A DNA stretch of 56,023 nt, filler included, from Jimgerdemannia flammicorona (lineage: Eukaryota): NCBI GenBank assembly GCA_003990765.1. It is 2 parts of 2 records of this genome, joined end to end, with 100 filler letters (N's around TTAATTAATTAA, not from the genome) between each part and the next. Parts side by side here need not be neighbours in the genome. Positions count along the whole stretch, not along the records: positions 1 to 27,973 come from RBNJ01000590.1; positions 28,074 to 56,023 come from RBNJ01000591.1. One strand, given 5' to 3'. Positions 25,267 through 37,432 of the stretch are shown here, piece by piece. Every line of letters begins with the position of its first letter. The stretch's first letter is position 1. The translations under genes and the position numbers were made by a program. Under the pieces are notes generated by a model. It was not told the DNA's origin. It worked only from the letters and a program-made list of their open reading frames with translations, and did no database searches.

Positions 25267-25770
25267 ATGGCCAGTAACAAAAGTACTGCAATGGTACTCA
25301 AGATCACTAGTGCTGCCCAAAGAGCCATCGAGAGACAATGGTGCACCACCGAGCCTCCGACCATAGAGGAGTCTTATGACAGTATCCAAAGTATCATACA
25401 GACTCATCTCTCTTAGATCTCACACTTCAAGGCCTATCAGCATCAAAATGAATTCCAAGAGTACTTCAAACTTGGCCAAGTACTCAACCAAGACCCAGAA
25501 ATGACCAAAGAAAATTAGATCGCAGAATGCCAGCTCTCCTATTTCCAGATCACCATTGCTAAGAGAATCCACAAGCTATTCTGAGAAGATGAACCAGCAC
25601 TAGCCCACCTGTGAGGAGTAACTCCCTCAGACTTCGACTGGGTCAGGCGACACCATTGAGAGACAGTAATGCAACAAATCGTACAATACAAGACCATACA
25701 GACCATTGAAGCCTGGGAGTTTGAATAGATGCTCTAAGGATGAGATCATCTATTCAGGAGGAAGTTGTAA
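25267..25770 (+). pseudogene. Extra ORF (about 165 codons) after the integrase of element B, unknown function
   Basis: The ATG overlaps the integrase end. One frame runs to the 3' LTR without a frameshift. Its internal TAG/TGA/TAA stops are all one transition from CAG/TGG/CGA/CAA. Confidence 0.55.
25756..25764 (+). promoter_or_regulatory. Polypurine tract
   Basis: AGGAGGAAG, one base before the 3' LTR. Confidence 0.7.
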
Positions 25771-26234
25771 TGGTATAGCTAGATTCGGAAGAAGGAAATA
25801 GGGAACAGATACTTGATCACACCTAGTCCCAAAGTAGTATAGCCACATAGTTAGCAGTCCTCGATTTCACCACTTGCTAAATATTTTGCAAAGTGCAAGA
25901 TCGAGCTTTCCGATATAGTATAGCATTTTGCAACTGATGAAATATTTCGCAAAGTGTTAAATGACTCATAACTTAGCCATATAACCCAGTAACCATCTTA
26001 TAGCTAGCAAAACTTATATAAATAACTCAGTATCTTCGAGCGAATAAACCTTAGATCGAAATAGTTCAAAGCAAAGAGATAGCAAAGGAACTAGTAAGTC
26101 TGTGGGTAGATATACTTTGAACTCACCCACCCTCCCCTGTAACTTCAAGAGACTCTGCGGGAGTCAGAACAGTCAAAGTTTTCAAGGTACAGAAATCTGA
26201 CGTACTTTCAAGAGTAAGCATCTGCTATGTTATA
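25766..26234 (+). repeat. 3' LTR of element B
   Basis: TGTAATGG...TGTTATA (terminal CA mutated to TA). Confidence 0.92.
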
Positions 26235-27480
26235 CTATATATAAATATTTAAGAAGTATACTAAGTTTTAATAGACCAATAGGTAGTAATAAGCTTTTGA
26301 ATGTCTCAAAGTCTAATTGATCCAAGCACTCATCTTGAGAAGGCCTAACTAGTCTTAAGAATTGATTCTGTAGACAGATATATAAAATCTCAATTAGACT
26401 AGAAGTTGTCCTTGTTCAAAAGAAGAATATAGTTAAATATATAATTATATATCTTAGCTGAGAAACTTGCAAAGAAGAAAGAGAATATGAATCCTATAAG
26501 TTAAAATATCTTAGAGTTATTTGGGCTGAAGAAAAGTTTCACAAGAAGATACTTTATCATTCTGACTGACCAATCAGCCCTCACCTAGCTATTGAACACA
26601 AGTAAATTCAAAAAAATATTTGTAAATTGGATCATAAAGCTATATATAAGTCTATGACATTATATATCACTTAGAAAGAACTAATAATAATATAGATACT
26701 CTCTTATAGATATTCTAAAGAATCTACAATTAGTAAAACCAAAATATATAAGGAACTCTATTTCAGAATTATCAACTATCTACAATAAAAGATATCCTAA
26801 TATCTGGAAGAATAGATATGAATAATTATTAATAGAACCTGGAAATAATTTGAAACTGGTAAAGATATACTAAAGAAAGAAAAATTACTAGTTATACTAG
26901 AGTATAAGAAGAAATAAGTAATGAAGTTAGTATACAAAACTGGTTATCTAGAAGAAACAAATATATATAAAGTAAGAAGAAAAATGTAGTAATTAAGATT
27001 AGTGAAAGATATCAGATAATTTGTCAAAATCTATAATAAATAGCAAAAACAGAAATAATTAAATACTAGGATCAGTAGATATAGGACCAGTATTATTTAC
27101 TCATATTGTAATAAATATAATTAGTCTCCTACTCTGGAAATTGACTGGCAACTAATATGTCATTATTATTATAGACCTCTTTATAAAATTGATAGAAGCA
27201 GAATTTCTCAGAGAAGCCAATATACAGTTAATTGCTGATTTCTTCTACAGGGAAATCATCTGCTGATTTAAGACTCCAGAGAAAGTAATAATAGATAGAG
27301 GAACAGAATTTTTGAAAGATTCTCTACAAAAAGTACTAAATTTAATATATTTGAATGACAGCTTATCATCTTTAGAAAAATAGATAGATAGAAAGAACTA
27401 ATAAGACTCTCAAGAATATTATTACTAGGATCTATAATAACTATGAAAATTGGAACTACTATCTGCCAATAGCATTATCT

Positions 27481-27973
27481 CGGAGGTTTGGGGACCGCAG
27501 ATGTGGTGATGGGACAGGCTTCTATTGGGTGGTACTCTGGTGGAGGACTTTCAGCTTGGCGAGGGACTAGAGTGCCTGCGAGACCTAGGTGGGGACCTGT
27601 GGCCTGAAGCCTGGCAGAGGGTTGGTATCGGGGAAGAGTGGGACTGGAATGGGCTCTGGATTTGGAGCAAACAGGTGAGGCAGTGGCTGCCCCCCAAGTT
27701 CTGGGTGGCATGGTGGCGAATCCTACGACGTAATGTGATGCTGAACTATCGGTCTGGCCACTTGGTGGATGGTGGGGTATTCGAATGCGAGGATTGTTTT
27801 AATGTTGGTCAAGAGGGAGGAGTGTTACAAACGCCTGAACATTGGCTTGGCAAGTGTGAGGTTTTGGAGGAGTTCTGGGGGCGCATAATGTACTGGTTAG
27901 GGTTGGGGGATGGGGGTGGAGAGGGAGGGGGGAGATGGGGAGTGCTTCGCCGGCAATTGGTGGGTGGGGTTGG
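27481..27973 (+). mobile_element. 5'-truncated, CpG-retaining LINE (ORF2 C-terminal zf-RVT-like region), cut by the contig end
   Basis: W..LW....LPPKFWVAWWRILRR...CEDC...TPEHWLGKC....FW fits the L1/Tx1 C-terminal CCHC zinc finger. It interrupts the element C integrase. Confidence 0.75.
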
Positions 27974-28073
27974 NNNNNNNNNNNNNNNNNNNNNNNNNNN
28001 NNNNNNNNNNNNNNNNNTTAATTAATTAANNNNNNNNNNNNNNNNNNNNNNNNNNNNNNNNNNNNNNNNNNNN
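27974..28073. other. Artificial contig-joining spacer
   Basis: Exactly 100 nt: 44 N + TTAATTAATTAA (stop codons in all six frames) + 44 N. Confidence 0.95.
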
Positions 28074-28137
28074 TTTTGCACTTCTCTTGTTGGTTTACTC
28101 ATTGTGGAATGCAATTTCAATTTCTCCTTTTTGCAGG

Positions 28138-31100
28138 AGACGAAATCATCGCCGCTGAAGCAACGTGTCGATTCTCACCATGCGATCCCGCTACCTTCAT
28201 CGACTCACAACTCGGATCGGAGTGCGACGAATAACTTTGTTGGACCTAGACGACATAGCAGTTCTGAGGGGATGACTAATAATCGGCTACCACTTAATGA
28301 TTCCACGATACCCCCGATGCCACCTATGCCCACACGTGACTTTACGAAAATCTCCTCGTCCGTATCTTACCCTGCTGGTCAGGAACATACTTTCGGCTTA
28401 TCGAGCTCTCCATCACCAAGACTCTCGCCTAGTAGCAGCATGCTGGCGGCTCCTCAGAAACTCCGACAGAAATCATCCAAGAGCCTCCTCAACATTGTTA
28501 ATCAAACGCGATCGTCCATCATTACCACCACCCTCACTACTCTTCACAGTAGCCTTGTCAACAATTCCGAGAAGCTTGTTAGTTCACTCATGTCAATGAG
28601 AACCAGTCGTGAACCGGCTCCGTTTCCGACCGACAAGTTATCCGAGATTGCTGAAATTGCGCTGAAGATGGTTGATATTGTTGATTGGGAGGAGGGTACA
28701 GGCGAGTTGTCCCAAGCCGGCATGCATGGAGCGATTGCAGAAATTCAGGGTCAGATCATATCAGGAGCTCGGATGGACAATCCCAACATGATGGAATATC
28801 TCGAGAAAGGCAGAAAATCAAACGACAAAAGGAAAGAAGATCCCAATGATGTAACCTTGAAGAACGTCAAGGAGATAGTGAGTATATGTTTCTTAAAACA
28901 ATGGCAATTAATATAAAATGGTATCTGGTACGTTCATCATGCTATTGCACCTAATAATATCTCCGTATGTTCACCACACGTACAGGTTTCCTCGATGAAA
29001 CACATTGCAAACCAGTGCATGTCACAATATTACAGGACTTTCGAAAAGGCTATGGTCATCCCTTCGAAAGGATGGAAAATAGAGGGACGTAATCGCGCAG
29101 ATGACGACACTGATCTCAACGATAATTTTTATGGTATGGGCGCTCAACACCCACACTTCGAGGGGACCTGTTCTGCGAGACCAGATTACAGAAAGTGGGA
29201 AATCGAGCACGTTGACGTTGGTGCGCAATGGTTCCGCGAATACTTTATTGGTAATGACTACAGAACATATTGCGGCCAAGTGGACGAGGAGTATATGTTA
29301 GTTACAATTGTTAGGGAACCAGTGGATACATCCAGCTCCGTCACTCCCCCCGAGATGCAATACCGAGTAATCGTCAGGACCAAAGACGTGAGTTCTCTTC
29401 TTACTCTCTGATGGGTACATTGTCGGTTTTCAAGGAGCAGTATTCATCGGGATCTCGGCTTATATTATCGTTACATTATATTCTTCTCTATAGTTACCGG
29501 ATGTGCGCAAGGTTATCCCCGATTCCTTCCTCTTGACCGTGCCGGCATCACCACCCTCCTCCTCCTTAGCGCGGTGGAAACCACTTGTGTCTAATTCGGC
29601 GGCGTGGGAAACCGTTCTTCGAACTGCTTCTTCCAGAATTGTCGTCAGCAAGATGAAGACACTGACCGCAGACCAGATGGTTGCCTCGGGATTGGAGAAG
29701 AAACTCCTAAATTTTGACGAGACTGCTGTGAGTGTGAGAGTGATCATGAGTACCTTTTTTTTTTTTTCTCTTTTCTTTTTCCTCTGGATTTTCGTGCTTG
29801 GATTTGTTTCGAAGTTTATTGAGTAATGTGGTTCAATCCCCGCCCCCCCCTTCTTTTTCTTCTTTTTCATCTAGCTTCATGATCGTTATAAGTTCGGTGT
29901 TCTATATATCAAGGAAGGTCAAACAAAAGAGGAAGAGTGGTTCTCCAATCCACACGATTCCCAAAAGTTTGACCAATTCCTGGACATTTTGGGATCCAAA
30001 ATTGATTTGCAAGGATACACGGGGTGGGCCGGTGGTTTGGATACAAAAAGTGAGATATGGCATTTGGTGTAGTTCAGATAACTCTTCAATTCTTGTTCTC
30101 TACTCTCTGTTTGATTAGATTGACTTATTTATTTCTCTCTGTAGGCGGTGACTCTGGAACATACACTTACACTCAGACGTGGAAAGACTGTGAATTGACA
30201 TACCACGTGGCTACTCTCATTCCTGCAACACCTGGCGATAAACAACAAATTCAAAGGAAGAGACATATCGGCAACGGTATGTAAAACCTCTCTTTTCCTG
30301 CGCTATCACGGATTGCAGTTCAAATTCTATCTCATTCATACGGACGCACAATCTTCATCAACACAGATATCGTTTGCGTGGTTTTTGTTGAAGATGCCCA
30401 GCCATTTAACCCAGCGGCCATTAAATCTCAGTTCTTGCATGTCTTCATCGTTGTTCATGAGGAGAAACGAGACAACCGTGTTATATACAGGTAATATAAA
30501 CGCGGTTGTTTGGTTATTTATATATGTTTTTTTCTGTCCTTGCCTCGTGCCAGTTCCTCAATTTCGTACGATTCTTTATTTTTTTAGAGTTGAGGTGGTA
30601 ACGAACGAAAATGTTCCCAATTTCGGACCTCCTCTTCCCGAACCCGCGGTTTTCACCGAAATAGACGAAATGAAGGCATTTATTCTGATTAAATGTAGGT
30701 AAAAATATTTTATGAGATTTATTGATTGAGGGAAGTTCTGGTTGACTAAATTGAAATTTATCTATTTTAATTGCACAATAATAGTGATTAACGCTGAAAA
30801 TGCTGCGTTGAGATCCCCAAAATTTGCTGTGCCAAATGCCCGAGCGCGTGTGGGAAATATCGAGAACCTCGTTAAAGACGCTTGGAAAGAGGCAGTTGAA
30901 ATTGACGCTCCCTCAATCCTAAGGCAGACGAAATCAACATCATCATCTTCGGATAAGAGTCAACGCAGCATGCGCAGCACGAGGACAATCCCTGAACGTG
31001 ACGATTCTTTACCGTTGATTGGGAGTGGAGTAGAAACGTCTTTGTCCGAAAAGTTGGGTACTCAGAAGCACAGCGTGATGAAAGAACTGTCCGATGGATT

Positions 31101-31892
31101 TACAAGTCTGACGCGACGAAACAGTAGGAAGAAGAACGAACTAGACAACCGTACCGCGAGGTCAGGGAGGCCAAAAAAATTTGTGAAGCCTGACGGAGAG
31201 GATTTCGACAGTAAGCATTTTACATTTGATTTCCCAAACTTTGCCATACAGGTAATGCGCATTTACAATTATCATTGTCGGATTCTTATAAGAACTCGGC
31301 CATTTTTCTATATAGATACGAAGCGCAGTTTTTCGGATCAAGATTTACTCTCCACAATCTCTGAGGCGGAGTCGTCCCAAGCACAATCGATAGTCCCCAT
31401 GCCGACTGTGAGCAACATGAGACAAAAGATGGCGCCATTCAATGTCACCCCGAGCACGAGCTCTGCCAGAGCATCCGGAGGATCAATTGAATCGTCAGGT
31501 ATAAATTTTTTCAACTCCGAGATTATTCTCTATCATTCCGATCTTCCATTTTGCCACGAATTTCGACGTCAACTAAATCATCTTTCACGAATCTGTATTA
31601 ATCACTCACCTCTCCAATAGAAAAGGGATTCAGAAATCGCAAACAGAGCATCCTAAGCAACATCACCCGCCGCGGAGAGCACGACGGATCGGGCAGTGGG
31701 AGCCAGCCGATAAATATTCCACGATACGGATCCCAACAACAGTTCTTGGAGGAAGACCCCGCGCAAAGAGATAGAGCAATGTCGCAGGGATATGAACGTG
31801 GCAAGTCATTTGATTTCTTGAGCCGCAAGAGTCATGAAAGTTTATCTCGATTCGTGGGAAAGGGTAAATCCGACCCTAAGTTCGAACTATGA
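28138..31892 (+). CDS. Rap/Ran-GAP domain protein (Rap1GAP/SIPA1-like), multi-exon, 5' end missing
   Basis: Spliced GT-AG exons give YKFGVLYIKEGQTKEEEWFSN, GWAGGLD, YHVATLIP, QQIQRKRHIGND (Asn thumb) and IKSQFLHVFIVV. Stop TGA at 31890-31892. Confidence 0.92.
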
Positions 31893-32030
31893 CGTTAAGT
31901 GGATTCATTCAAACGCCAAATTATTGGTGGGAGCGAGAAAAGGCGTAAAAGCAGTGAGCAGGCTTCTCAGCTGCTGACATCATGACAATTATTATTGTTT
32001 TTTTTTTTTTGTTTTTTTTTTTCAGGTTTT

Positions 32031-32077
<47 letters not shown>

Positions 32078-32768
32078 TTTTTTTTTTTCAGGTTTATTTC
32101 TCTCTTTCCTTGTTACTCTGGTTATCTATTTGCGTTCTGGCTGTTTTCATTTGATACAGTCACATTTTGCATACACCCCTCTCCCTTTTCTGCATTCATG
32201 AAGTTCGTTGATTTGGGGGGTTTGAGCATTAGTACCGGAGTCTTTAATCAACCCTTTTTTTATTCATTTTTCTGGTCGGACAATATTTTCGCTTGTAAAC
32301 CGATTCATGGGTTTTCTGGATACCATGTCCGTAATCTAGTTTTTATTATATATGTAATCTTTAGTGCATCGTTGCCTACATCGTCTGTTTATTCTTGCCG
32401 TCTTTGTCGCATTCTTCCCTGTATCAACATTTTCACATCATTTCCAGTTTACCACATTCACTTTTGTCATTTGTTCATCGCTCTCTGATCTTGCTCATCA
32501 TCGTTCTCGTAGCATCTTTGTCCAAATCAATTGCATGCCAGCACTCCATGTTCAAAATGAAAAAAGAGAGAGAGAAAAGAGAAGAATCCATATTCCTTCT
32601 CCGTAACCCGCCCCACCAAAATCTTGACTTCTTCCTTGTGTTTGCGATCATGCTCGAGCACTATGTATTTCCATGGGGCTTTTCGCAGTTGAACTACATT
32701 TGCCATATCTGCATGTCTAATATGTGGTTGTCGAGATTGTTACCTTAGCAATTAGCTACAGATGCAAG

Positions 32769-33034
32769 CTAGTCCCCGGCTTGTACACGTCGGGTACTTT
32801 CACCCCCCCCCGAATTTGAGTTAGAGTTTGGTTTGCTTGGGTGGTGACCAGAATAAACATTAAATGAGGTAACAGGCCATGATCACTGATCTGGGGTTGC
32901 CGTGCTGGATGGTCCAAAAAGAGCGACAACCGCATTCTTCCTTAAGGCTTTGGATCGGAAGTTTAGTATCTGGTAAAAATCAAGCAAATTAAGGATAAAA
33001 TGATTACTTACTATATAAGGGGGATGTCACAGTT
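32769..33034 (-). ncRNA. Candidate omegaRNA / transposon 3' end downstream of Fanzor1
   Basis: Position 3' of the Fanzor1 stop. Stems at 32937-32961 (CTTCC/GGAAG), 32895-32931 (GGTTGTCG/CGGCAACC with inner TGGA/TCCA) and 32775-32794. Function is inferred. Confidence 0.45.
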
Positions 33035-34584
33035 CTAAGCCGGACGAGCGAAGACCTCAGGCATCTGGTTTCCATTCATCGCCATGTGGAGAGCAATGGA
33101 TCGGAGGTTCTTGGCAGCATTAATGTCTCTGGGATCCAGTCGTCACCTGTTCGCTCACGGACACGTTCCAGGGAGTCCAGCATCTGACACTTGGAGCACA
33201 CCTTGGACGAGCAGAATTTGGGGACCTTGATGGAGCACAGAATACTTCTCAGGACACACCAGCTCTCTTCCCTTTTATGGTAGGCAAGAAGATGGCATCT
33301 CCGAATGCCACCACTATCTGCTTCAGTTCATTGTGAGGTTCTGTGCACTTCCACTTTGTGCTGCATGGACTGGCATCAATAGAATCACCAGAGGGAGACA
33401 GGTTTGACTCAGAGGCTCCTTGCCCCTTTCTCTGCTACCTTACTGGTCACAAGGTTTGGTAGGCAACCTTCCAAGTTCCCTTTCCCCTATTATTATCCCC
33501 TCTACTTCAGGTTGGTTTGCTGTGCCTGTATGGATATGGTGGGAGGAGGGCAATGGTGATGAGTTACCTCTTTATTAGTGTCAGATTGGTGTCTTCTCCA
33601 CTTTTTTGCAGTTTCTGATGCCTTCAGCTATGTCTGGAGTATATCCGTTTTGGTGCGGCACCTTCTTCCTTTTGCTATTGCTAATAAGGTGGTGTCTCGG
33701 TGTATTCCAGGCTATATAGGGAGTCAGCCGACCTTAGGCATCAAGTGCTTAGTATAGATTATCTGCAGGTTCTTGGTACTTGTAGTGGGGCCCTCTGGCT
33801 TTGGTGAGCTTCCCGACAAGCTAGTTCTGGCATAGGTGACTGCTTTTCAGGTGTTGTTGGGATGAGAGGAGAGATGGTCATCACAGATAGGAGAAAGGGT
33901 AATAACAGTGGGCCAGTAGGGTGCCAGGCTGGGGACAGTTATCAGGGCTGGGGCAGGTGCTGTTTTGGTGGGGTCTTTTGATTGGTGTGGTATAGTTAGG
34001 TAGTAGGTATCACTCTCGGCTCTTTTGGTGGGTTGGTGGATTAGGTCCTAGTCATCAGGGGGGGTCAGGGGGCCTGAGGCTACCTATTTTAGGCATCTTG
34101 GCTATACTTAACTGGAACTGAGAGCTGACATGGCAATGTGATCAAGGCCTACAGGCTTGAGTAGTAGAGTATTGGGGGTCTCCTCCCACCTTATATATAA
34201 GTTCTTTACTCACCTCGACTGAGAAAACTAGGCCCTATCTACCATATTATACTTTGATGAGAGTTTTTCTTTGTCTGTTATTCTCTTTGGGGTGGCAGGG
34301 GCTATTCTATTCAGCTCAGGCATGGCCTTATACATATGTTGGGTTCTCGGGCATATACTTTCAGTCATTGGCATATGGTTGGATTTCCCCTGGTGGTAGG
34401 AAGAGCATAGTGTGCAGAATGAGATACAGGCCACTATAGACCCTGTTGCACCTGGTATGGTCAAGCTGCTGAACAATAGCTAGCCTAGGTTAATGGGGGG
34501 GCAGTGCTTGGTGGGTAGTAGGGAAGGGTTTTGGCCTATATAGTCTAGGTTCTCTTCTAATAAAAATCTACAGAACATGAGTCC

Positions 34585-34652
<68 letters not shown>

Positions 34653-36640
34653 CTCAGAGACTCCTACTATCTCTTCACCTAATCTACTATACTTCTTGCT
34701 ACCAGTTGTAAACTGCTGGCACACCTCTCTGCCAGAGCCTTCTGGTATCCTCAGTACTGCTAAAACTGTAATTTCCTCTATCTGTTATTATAGAATTATA
34801 CCAGTATCTTGTATTTCTAGAGATTCTGCTTAACAAAGGTATTGAATTTGGTAATACTGGTTATCTTGTAGATTATTTAGGATTACTTGCAGTCTATTCT
34901 CCTTCTTTCTCCATTCCTCTTTCTTTTTCTTGGCCTTGTTTCACCTAGTAATATAGTAGAACTTCTTAATTAAGATCTTTTATATCTTATATGCTACATT
35001 TGCATATCTGTCTATTATGATGAATATATCTTTAGATTGACACTCTATAGCCAGTCTCTCATAAGATCTAACTGAATATTTATCATCATCTTCTCTACTA
35101 CTACTGTCTACTTAGACTAATTAAGGAGAAAGTTTACTACTATTTTATTACTTCTGACTATATTCCAGAACTAATACTTCTGAGTATTTATATCTTTCAA
35201 GAATACAATATCAATTTTGATAAAGTTAAATATATTTCAGAATAGTTCATAGTCATCTATATCTATGGTCTTGCCTTTTATATATCAGATGAGACAGATC
35301 AATATTTGTCTATCAATCTTAATAAACTATTATTAATATAAATATAAGAAGTAGAATATAAACACTAGACCTCCTTTGAAGCAATATTCATCTTTGGTCA
35401 AAATATCTTTATCTCAATCTTTAACTATATCTTATAAATAAGTTTTACTAAATATAAGTGAGACTTTTTAGATAATTGACTAATACAGGCCTTGGGCAAA
35501 GTATTTATCTAGAAATATATGATAGAATAATAGATACTAATAATAAGTCTTCTTGTATAGTCTTTGATAACTACTTCTACTTTACCAGCTTGGTCTGCTC
35601 TTTTCTCCTTATCTAGCTTAGTGGTAGATTAGTTCTTTTAGATAGTTTATATATATATATAATATATCTTTTTTTCAAAAGACTTGAGTATATGATAAAA
35701 GAAAGATATATATATATATATACATATATGTATATAAGACTTAGTAAATAGCACTTCTTTTATTACTAATATTAGTTTTAGCATAATATTCTTAGTGATC
35801 TCATTAATGATTATCTTTAGCCTATTTGTTTTCTTTATAAAAAAAAGACTATACTCTAGTCAGATTAGTTCATCTCTTATAAATAAAAGTAGTTAGCCTC
35901 TTCAAATCCTTATTGGCTATTTTGATATTCTTTTTGTTGACAGTCTCATAAAGCTGAAAGAATATATACTTCTTTATCTTTATATCAAAATTAGCAATAA
36001 TGTAATTTTGGATATATATTTTTTTTTTATATTTACTATAGATTTAAATAGAGTATATCAGAATAGACCTATATTAGATATAGGGAGAATATTGGGACAG
36101 AGATTTATAACTAGATATATATTTGCTATAAGTTAGTAAAAGTTATTTTTTATAGATCAAGTAGATATTTGAGATCTTTATATATTATTAGCTATATGTA
36201 ATATATATATAAGAAGCTCTGTCTATAGCAATTACTCTCTAAGGTACTATACTTCTCTATATAGTATAAGAAGTAGTAATTAGTAAGCAGTATAGTCTTA
36301 TATATAATATTATAGATATTTTTGATAGTAACAGAAATCTTCTATTATAGACCTAATATCTAACAGATTCTCTCATACTTAGTTTTGATAGTAAAGACTT
36401 TAAGATTACTATTAAAGACCAACTTTGTCTATTGATACTTATTCTTCTTATAATAGAATAAAGCTTATAAGTATAAAAGTATATATCTTGAGCAGAGTTA
36501 TTGTTCTTAATATATATAAGATAAGGATAAAGAGATCACTGTTTGAAGGTCTGGATGATATCTTCAGCTCACTATACTATCCTCTTTTTTGCTCTAATAT
36601 TTTCTTTCTCTATCTTTGTTTGGAATTTTTACTTTAGTAT
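33035..36640 (-). pseudogene. Fanzor1 (eukaryotic TnpB-derived RNA-guided nuclease), degenerate, split by a retroposon at 33421-34665
   Basis: Little-mutated C-terminus: IVVAFGDA, KVPKFCSSKVCSKC, RDINAAKNL and MPEVFARP*. Middle region FY..R.RKL.F..Y.G.QKALAEVC..FTTGSKKY. RuvC-I relic L*SVNL (from LWGVDP) at 35033-35050. Possible start ATACTAAAGTAAAAA (from MPKRK) at 36640. Confidence 0.85.
33421..34650 (+). mobile_element. Poly(A) retroposon, copy 2, inserted in Fanzor1
   Basis: Homologous to 16506-17686. Long A tail ends at 34650. TSD GACTCAGAG(G/A)CTCCT at 33406-33420 and 34651-34665. Confidence 0.9.
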
Positions 36641-36732
36641 TTGTAAAAAATATATATATACTAGGAGGAGAGAAGACTGAGAGTCAAAACTGATAAAATT
36701 ATATATAGTGATTTAATAGATATATTATCGTC

Positions 36733-37013
36733 ATAATTAGTACTTCTAATAAATCAAATCAAATCAAAGAATTAATTTGAAATTTGATTTAAACTCTATT
36801 TTTCAAAATGTAATAACTTAATAAAAACATATCCAAATTTAACAATTGTTAGCTTGTTATATTGCTATATATAAGAGAAATCTAATAAGCTAAAAATTAT
36901 TAAATTTTGATATATTTTCATTAAGTTATTATATTTTAAAAAATAGAGTTCAAATTAGATCTTCAATTTAATTTAATTCAAATTGATTCAATTTGTTTAA
37001 GAGTACTAATTAT
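36733..37013. repeat. AT-rich foldback / long-TIR MITE-like element
   Basis: Terminal ATAATTAGTACT / AGTACTAATTAT, plus inverted arms of more than 100 bp (36788-36848 pairs with 36895-36955). Confidence 0.7.
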
Positions 37014-37432
37014 AATGTTACTACTGAAGTAAATTTTCCCTATATTATTAATACTTTTTAATTAAATATACTAGTTACTTTGCTACAGTCTTGGCTCTCC
37101 AATCTTTTTATTTATCCTTCCTATCATAGATATTTTTCTTTGATAGTAGCTTTCTTGATATTCTTGATAGACTATTTCTAATGCTTGGCTTTCATCAAGT
37201 TGATGTAAATTTAAATGAATCTCTAGTCTTTGATCTGTCATTTATTAACTTTAACTATTTTCTCTTTTTATAACTTTTCTCTAAAGTATCTTTTATAGTA
37301 ATATTTATATTACTATAGTAAAGAACATCAAGAATAGTACATATATTTACATATTATCACCTTACTCACTTATATTATACTAGTTTGCTAATCTCATGAT
37401 ATATAATAGAGATCTTGTCCTCTATCTATACT

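Larger units (their letters stand above)
20917..26234 (+). mobile_element. Ty3/gypsy element 'B': two LTRs, gag, protease, dUTPase, integrase and ORF3; RT deleted; 4-bp TSD CTAT
   Basis: LTRs 20917-21388 and 25766-26234. CTAT at 20913-20916 and 26235-26238. CYSCGEEGHYSYEC knuckle, IIDTG protease, AAGMDI...TRSSLA...VIDSDYTGEI dUTPase, HELGHLG...CNKC, TDRGTEF, GPY integrase. Confidence 0.93.
19053..27480 (+). mobile_element. Hypermutated Ty3/gypsy element 'C' (protease-dUTPase-RT | RNase H-integrase), host of element B
   Basis: 19130-19960 and 26530-27480 align with element B at DNA level with many G>A/C>T changes. RT/RNase H relics at 20200-20916 and 26239-26700. Confidence 0.8.

Noticed and set aside
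27481..27973. G-rich contig end as a sequencing artefact or telomeric/G4 tract
   Set aside because: It translates into a coherent LINE C-terminal zinc-finger region.
28018..28029. Palindromic TTAATTAATTAA island inside the N run
   Set aside because: A synthetic six-frame-stop linker centred in an exact 100-nt spacer. The two halves of the window should not be assumed adjacent.
28138..31892. Rap-GAP gene as TSC2, which would make a three-gene TOR cluster
   Set aside because: The visible part has a central GAP domain and a long low-complexity tail like Rap1GAP/SIPA1 proteins. No tuberin domains are visible and the 5' end is missing.
31982..32488. Poly-Phe ORFs
   Set aside because: Translation of a poly(T) tract in the Rap-GAP 3' region; not a protein.
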